A stretch of DNA of 64,000 nt from Eledone cirrhosa. Taxonomy: Eukaryota. The stretch lies in the NCBI GenBank assembly GCA_964016885.1, contig OZ024742.1, forward strand, positions 326,058,001 to 326,122,000, read 5' to 3'. Under the pieces are notes generated by a model that saw only the letters and a program-made list of their open reading frames with translations, was not told the DNA's origin and did no database searches. This document shows positions 59,073 to 64,000 of the stretch, piece after piece (position 1 is the first letter of the stretch; every line of letters begins with the position of its first letter). The translations under genes and the position numbers were made by a program.

Positions 59073-59844
59073 ATTGTTATACTTTGGGAGGGTCATGTTG
59101 CCAATAAGAAACACACGCACCAGTGTTTCACTTCAATTTATTATAATAAATTTATAATAAATTTATAAATTTATAAATTTCTGTTTGGTTGGTTGGTTCC
59201 ACAACCAGATGATTGTTCATATATTGTCATAGTTCTTTCGTCACACACTCTGTGACCTCTTCAGTGACTGGGGATTCCTTTCTTTGTTTCTGTGCCTCTC
59301 CTTTGTTCTGTCCTACGCTATTTTGTTTCTGTGTGTGTGTTGTGTGCTCAGTCTGCGCATGCGCCGCATCCGGGTGTCTGTGTGTGTTTATGTTCATTTA
59401 TTTATTTGTTTATTTATATGTTAAATGGTTGGTTGTTTGTTCTATGTGTGTGTGTGTTTTAATTCTGTCCTTAATTGTAAGTTTTGATGTTGCTGTTCCA
59501 CTCATATTGACTGAGCACACAACACACACACAGAAACAAAATGGCGTAGGACAGAACAAAGGAGAGGCACAGAAACAAAGAAAGGAATCCCCAGTCACTG
59601 AAGAGGTCACACAGTGTGTGATGAAAGAACTATGACAATATATGAACAATCATCTGGTTGTGGAACCAACCAACCAACCAGAAATTTATAAATTTATAAA
59701 TTTATTATAATATTATAATAAATTGAAGTGAAAGCAACTGGTGCGTGTGTTTCTTATTGGCAACATGACCCTCCCAAAGTATAACAATATCGGTTTCAAC
59801 ACACGATTTCAGATAAAGAATCTTGCTAAACAAATTCAGAAACG

Positions 59845-59845
<1 letters not shown>
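59073..59845. mobile_element. Inverted-pLTR PLE derivative with an HHR on both arms
   Basis: Arms 59073-59353 / 59509-59788, plus a tail to 59845. Flanked by (TA)n. Confidence 0.92.
59594..59636 (+). ncRNA. Minimal type I HHR (mirror 59226-59268, minus)
   Basis: GTCA-CTGAAGA-G-GTCACAC-AGT-GTGTGAT-GAAAG-AA-CTA-TGAC. Confidence 0.82.
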
Positions 59846-59892
<47 letters not shown>

Positions 59893-60061
59893 ACATATAT
59901 AAAAAAATATTGCATGTATAATTTTATATTGCATATATAAATATGTGTGTATCTGTGTCTGTGTCTGTATCTGTATACCGTTAGGTTTACTTTCCTAAAT
60001 GGGAAAAAAAGAGAATTCAATGTGAATAACAGATTATATAAAAAAAGATTCTTTAGGTGGC

Positions 60062-60156
60062 ATAGTTTCGAGAGCTGCTCATAGTGCTTGAATCAATCCT
60101 AAAACGTATTAACGTAATAAATATTTTCTATATATTTATACACGCACACAGGCATT

Positions 60157-60227
<71 letters not shown>

Positions 60228-60385
60228 GTGTGTGTGTGTGCGCGTGTATGTGTGCGTGTGTGTATGTTTGTGTATGCGCATGTCTACATGTGTAAATGCC
60301 TGTGCGCATGTATATATATAAAATATTTATTACGTTAATACGTTTCAGGAGTGATTCAAGCACTATGAGCGGCTCTCGAAACTAT
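60062..60385. repeat. Inverted repeat around a microsatellite spacer
   Basis: 60062-60160 vs 60291-60385; contains GAAACGT-ATTA-ACGTA (HHR stem III-like). Confidence 0.8.
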
Positions 60386-61933
60386 ATAAAATCACCAAAA
60401 TGTCTGACTGAATTCGCACATGTATTTTTCCCCCGGGTCTAACGCCATGCTTTGCAGCCAAGAGTTACGGCTCTTTATGGTCTGAGTTCAAATCCTGCCG
60501 AGGTTAACTTTGCCTTTCGTCCTTACGCAGTCGATAAAATAAAGTACCAGTAATACACTGGGATAATTGCTGGCAAAAAAGTAGAAAATTATTTTTCCTC
60601 ATTTTCCTCCATTCCATCCTTTTTCATCCTTTGTATTTCGATGTTATCTTCCATTTCTAACTCTATCGTCTGATGAAAGTCTAGTGTCTGAAATGTTAAG
60701 ACACTTTTCCTATTATTTCAATCGTTAAACTAATACATTTCTTCAATGTACTGTGTCGTTTGCTTCGTTATTTCTGTTCACCTTTTACACAGACACACAC
60801 AAACACACACACACACACACACATACACACACATGTATATATATATATATATTAGTTAAATACATACTTTCTCATGCACCCATACTTCATAGCATGCAAC
60901 ATAAACGTATTTCTTACACTAGAAATATTTATTTCCCTCTTCTCACTACATGCCTTATTATATAGTTAACATGTTATTTTTGAATTTTGCTCTATTGAAT
61001 CAATTTATGTTCTTATTATTCGAAGATAGCAGTTATACACGATCGACGGGCATACTTAATATTACATTAGTTATAATTGTTCGTTGCATGTTTCCTACTC
61101 AATAAGAGGCATATATCTACTTGTATGTACATTTCATATAGTCCGGGCAGGTGATGTTATATATTACATTAGTTGAACGTCGCTTTGTCATCTCATTGAT
61201 TCTGTCCCACGTGCTGTTGTCCCTGAGCAAATTGTAAAATACCCAACGTAATTTAATCATTTTCGCTGACATTAAAATTATTGTTCGTTTTACTCTCTTC
61301 CGTTTCATTCTATAATTCTATGGAATATTTTTCTTCAGTACCAATATGCAGTTAGATATTTCTTAATAATAGACTCTGTGGCATACATATAATGCGTACA
61401 ATATACATACACTTTCACAAACATCCTATTACGATACATATATACTCAGATTCATATAAATATACATTGAGTTAATATAGAGATTAACTTACACACATTA
61501 TATATGAACTTTTCCAAATGGAATTCTACACAAATCATCATCATCATCTTCGTTATCATGATCATCATCCTCATCACCACCGCCACCACTACCATCATCA
61601 TCATCATCATCATCATCTCAAACATGAACTATTAGTGCTGATATGAATGCTGACAAAACCACTCATACACATACCGGCATCATCATTATCATAATCATAT
61701 ACATTTGCACACATATCACACATATAGACTCAAGAGCGTTTACACGCATAAACACTTACAGCAATGGACTTGCTTATTAGCATGATGTGAACGTACAAAA
61801 ATATGTCCACACACAGGCTTGCAAACTCATGAACTTCTCACACACACTTAAATAGACGCCTACACAAGTACTTACTCAAACGAACGCACGCGTACGCGAG
61901 CTACTGGCGCGTGTACACATGTCTCTCTCTCTC

Positions 61934-61993
<60 letters not shown>

Positions 61994-62106
61994 ACTCTCT
62001 CTCCCTCCCTCTCCCTCTCTCTCTCCCTCCCTCTTTATATATATATATATATATATAATATATATATATATATACATACATATGTATATATATATATATA
62101 TACACG

Positions 62107-62226
<120 letters not shown>

Positions 62227-63555
62227 TATATGTGTGTATGTGTGCGTGAATTTGGTTCAGTGTGTGATATATGAGTATGTGTAGAGGCACGCACATATAT
62301 GCTCACATAAGCATATACACAAGCATGTCATATCATATCATATATATATATATACATATATTATATATACAAGTTGGTGATGGATACATATGCGCATGTA
62401 TGTATATATATAAAGTATTTATGTATGTTCATGCAATGAATGGCGAATTCAATGAGACAGGTGAAACGCGGAAAGCATTCTATACGCAGCGCATATATAG
62501 CGCTATGAATATTACTAAGATTTCTATGAATGAAACAGGTGGGTTTTAGATAAATGGATAAGGGAACATGCATTTCATTCAATACAATGGAACTTACTTT
62601 AAATGTATCGAAATGGCATGATGTACTAAATGTGTATATGTATAACAGTGTGTGATGCATATGTGAGCAGGTCCGCTGCGCCGGATACTACAGCCATCAA
62701 CCCACTGTTTTCTGCCTCATTGCTTGCTCCGGACCCCCGGGCTTACGTTTTCCGGAATGGCCTCAATTCCGCACCCACTGACTCTCCACATGCAGTTTCT
62801 ATAACCTCTTTTTATCCTTCTTCACACGCACATACATACACAAAATTCCAGAAACCGCACAACGCACTTACATTTAAAGCCCCCGTATATACCACTCAAC
62901 ACACATATACATCTGCACATACATAACCCTTCAATTCCTTTTCACACACAGGAATATCCACCCTATCTGACACATCGGTCTCATCACACACAGATCTAGC
63001 TTTTCATGCACACAACATGAATACACACACATGCGGCAGCATCTTATACTCATACATCTGCATCCAGGATCATTATAATACAATCTCTTCTCCCTCTACA
63101 CATTCTGATGCATGCACATGCATATGGGCACGCCCACACACCATCGGCACACACATCCCATGGCTCTCACTTGAGGGGCGTGTTCGCTTGCTTCTCTTGC
63201 GCGCGTGTCTGTGATCATGCGACACCCTGTGCCAACGGTGTTAAATGTTTCACAATATTCATTTCAGCCCCACCATCTCCCGGCTATATCACCCTTTCGT
63301 GCATAGTGACTTCACATTTCGTATTTCAGCTTTTTGTAGTTGTACCACCATATTGGCCTACCAGAAGCTGAGCAGATTCTCTTACGCCCATACCACGAAA
63401 TGAAATATGTAAGGCAATGATCACATCTTCTACTGCCTTCTTTTCAATACAATCTCGTGCGACTGCTTCTACGTATGTGTACATGTATACGCAGTATATA
63501 TATATATATAGAGAGAGAGAAAGAGAAGTGGGTACACAACAGTTAGTTCAACATA

Positions 63556-63595
63556 CCTAGAACAATTGTTTCACCTTAGCGGATCTTCAGCTCGG
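63556..63595 (-). ncRNA. Minimal type I HHR in PLE 3' UTR
   Basis: Minus: CCGAG-CTGAAGA-T-CC-GCTAA-GG-T-GAAAC-AATT-GTT-CTAGG. Confidence 0.75.
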
Positions 63596-63743
63596 AATGG
63601 GCATGGTTATAGGAACAGGAAGGACAACCGTACGAACGCACATGCGTAGAAACTCGGTCACTTCACCCAGGCAATACTAGACTGCGTGCGAGAGGTGCAA
63701 AAACTCCGAAAAGTTTTTAGGTTGAAAATAAAATTACAAAGAA

Positions 63744-64000
63744 TCAGTCCGGAGTCTTGTAGTTATGCAATAGGTGTTTGGCGACGTGTGGACAACGTGT
63801 GAAAAATTCACTTCTTGTGTTTAGGCAATCACTATTGCGTAATCTCTTCAGAATAGTTATTCGTTCGTCAATACATAAGACACACGTCGGATTTCCCCTT
63901 GCGTATGGCTTCGACTTAGTAATGGTTTTCCATTGAATGGAGTAGTCTATACTTGAGTCCTTGAGGGACCATACGTGGCTCGCGAGTTTCGTGGATGAAC
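63744..64000 (-). CDS. Hydra-like PLE GIY-YIG C-terminus (open frame running off the window edge)
   Basis: Manual translation: STKLASHVWSLKDSSIDYSIQWKTITKSKPYARGNPTCVLCIDERITILKRLRNSDCLNTRSEFFTRCPHVAKHLLHNYKTPD*. Confidence 0.85.
   Translation of the reverse strand, partial: SSTKLASHVWSLKDSSIDYSIQWKTITKSKPYARGNPTCVLCIDERITILKRLRNSDCLNTRSEFFTRCPHVAKHLLHNYKTPD

Overview
AT-rich, microsatellite-saturated eukaryotic (animal) non-coding DNA. The SINE type and (TA)n density suggest a cephalopod such as Octopus (inference). I can support no host protein-coding gene, and most listed ORFs are microsatellite translations. Recognisable content: (1) many Penelope-like element (PLE) fragments, mostly with a CxCx5C + C-terminal GIY-YIG 'Hydra-like' organisation plus one Neptune/Nematis-like copy, nearly all in (TA)n tracts; (2) an R4/Dong-like RLE LINE and two tandem Tx1/L1-clade LINEs sharing one set of (TAA)n tracts; (3) RTE LINE pieces, one 5'-inverted; (4) tRNA-derived SINEs, a probable Helitron-N and MITEs. 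The striking signal is more than a dozen minimal type-I hammerhead ribozyme (HHR) motifs, found by eye. They occur in a ~520-550 bp tandem retrozyme-like array (27.65-29.81 kb) and in about 15 asymmetric fold-back elements in (TA)n, with recurrent non-canonical cores (TTGAnAA and CCGAnGA). All coordinates and structures are hand-derived and approximate.
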